This document shows positions 63,138-64,000 of a stretch of DNA of 64,000 nucleotides, piece after piece. Under the pieces are notes generated by a model. The model saw only the letters and a program-made list of their open reading frames with translations, searched no databases and was not told where the DNA came from. Source of the stretch: Lama glama (lineage: Eukaryota); assembly GCA_028534125.1 (NCBI GenBank), contig CM052818.1:17734001-17798000 (forward strand), in the 5' to 3' direction. The position numbers and the translations under genes are program-made. Every line of letters begins with the position of its first letter. Position 1 is the first letter of the stretch.

Positions 63138-64000
63138 GTTTTTTTTTTTAAATAATGAATAGTAATTCTCCATTAATTCAACTATTTAGTTATTTTACAT
63201 TTAATACAATTGCTAATATAAGGACTTAGATTTGCCATCAGTTAACTATCTGATGTTTATTCGTCCCACCAGTTCTGGGCTTTTTTGGCCTTTTTATATC
63301 AAGGATTTTAAAGTACCTTTATGTACCTCTCCCCCATAGATTTGCTATTTTTAGTAATTTTTAGCTGTTACACATTTTGACATATTAACATCTGATGTAA
63401 ATGAGTACGTTTACCATTTCTTACAGCCAACGTCTTATTGAGAACTTTAGGTGACTTAACACTCAGAGCACCAAACTGTGTATTGCAGCCTTGATTATAG
63501 GGATGAGAAGAAAGGGAATGATCCTTGGCAAAATTGGGAAGTTAGCACTGTTTGTCATCACCATCCTCATATCATATGGCCTTATGCTTTTGATCACTTT
63601 TGAGTGATCAACACCATCTAAAAAATTCAGCTTTTATTTAAAATTTTCATTTATAAGAATAACTAATATACCTGATAGTTACAGCCTTGTTGCAGAGGTA
63701 GGTCCAATAGGTTTTCAGAACTTGTTGACATTAAACTATTGAAACATATGACTAACTCCGTTTGCTCATTTTCCACACTTAGCTGAAGTATTTTCTTTAT
63801 TCCTTAGATTTTTATGTAAACCTATTACAGGAGCAAATGCATTGATTAGGCTGATGAAAATGTATTTCCTACTAGACAATACATAAATAATATATAAAAT
63901 GCATTTTCTCATTGGCATTGGTCTCAGATCTTTCCTGTGACTAAGATGTAAATACCTCATGATGGCTTAAAATTTTACTTACGTTGGAGGCGCTCATATC

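Noticed and set aside
1..64000. CRISPR arrays, rRNA genes, operons or other prokaryotic systems
   Set aside because: The sequence is mammalian; recurring repeats are dispersed L1 3' ends, not regularly spaced repeat-spacer arrays.

Overview
Mammalian genomic DNA, most likely camelid (inferred from a tRNA-Ala-derived Vic-1-like SINE and a recurring young L1 3'UTR family). The window is AT-rich and repeat-dense: L1, L2, MIR, MaLR/ERVL/ERV1 LTRs and MER DNA transposons, plus a 100-N gap. I found no intact protein-coding gene I can name; most ORF-track entries are L1 ORF2 remnants or chance ORFs. Three things stand out outside the repeats. (1) A CpG-rich promoter at about 20.56-21.09 kb, with NF-Y, NRF1 and ETS motifs and a + strand first exon ending at a GTAAGT donor (21045). 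(2) A series of + strand exon-like segments with good splice signals but stop-interrupted frames (47.2, 48.6, 50.2 and 54.2 kb), which may be a spliced lncRNA or a decaying unitary pseudogene. (3) Candidate non-coding 5' exons of a - strand gene at the left edge, one containing a strong CTCF motif. The L1 copies show clear mechanistic signatures: twin-priming inversions, nested insertions, a 27-bp micro-inversion and a collapsed full-length L1. Repeat family names come from recall of consensus sequences, not from a database search.
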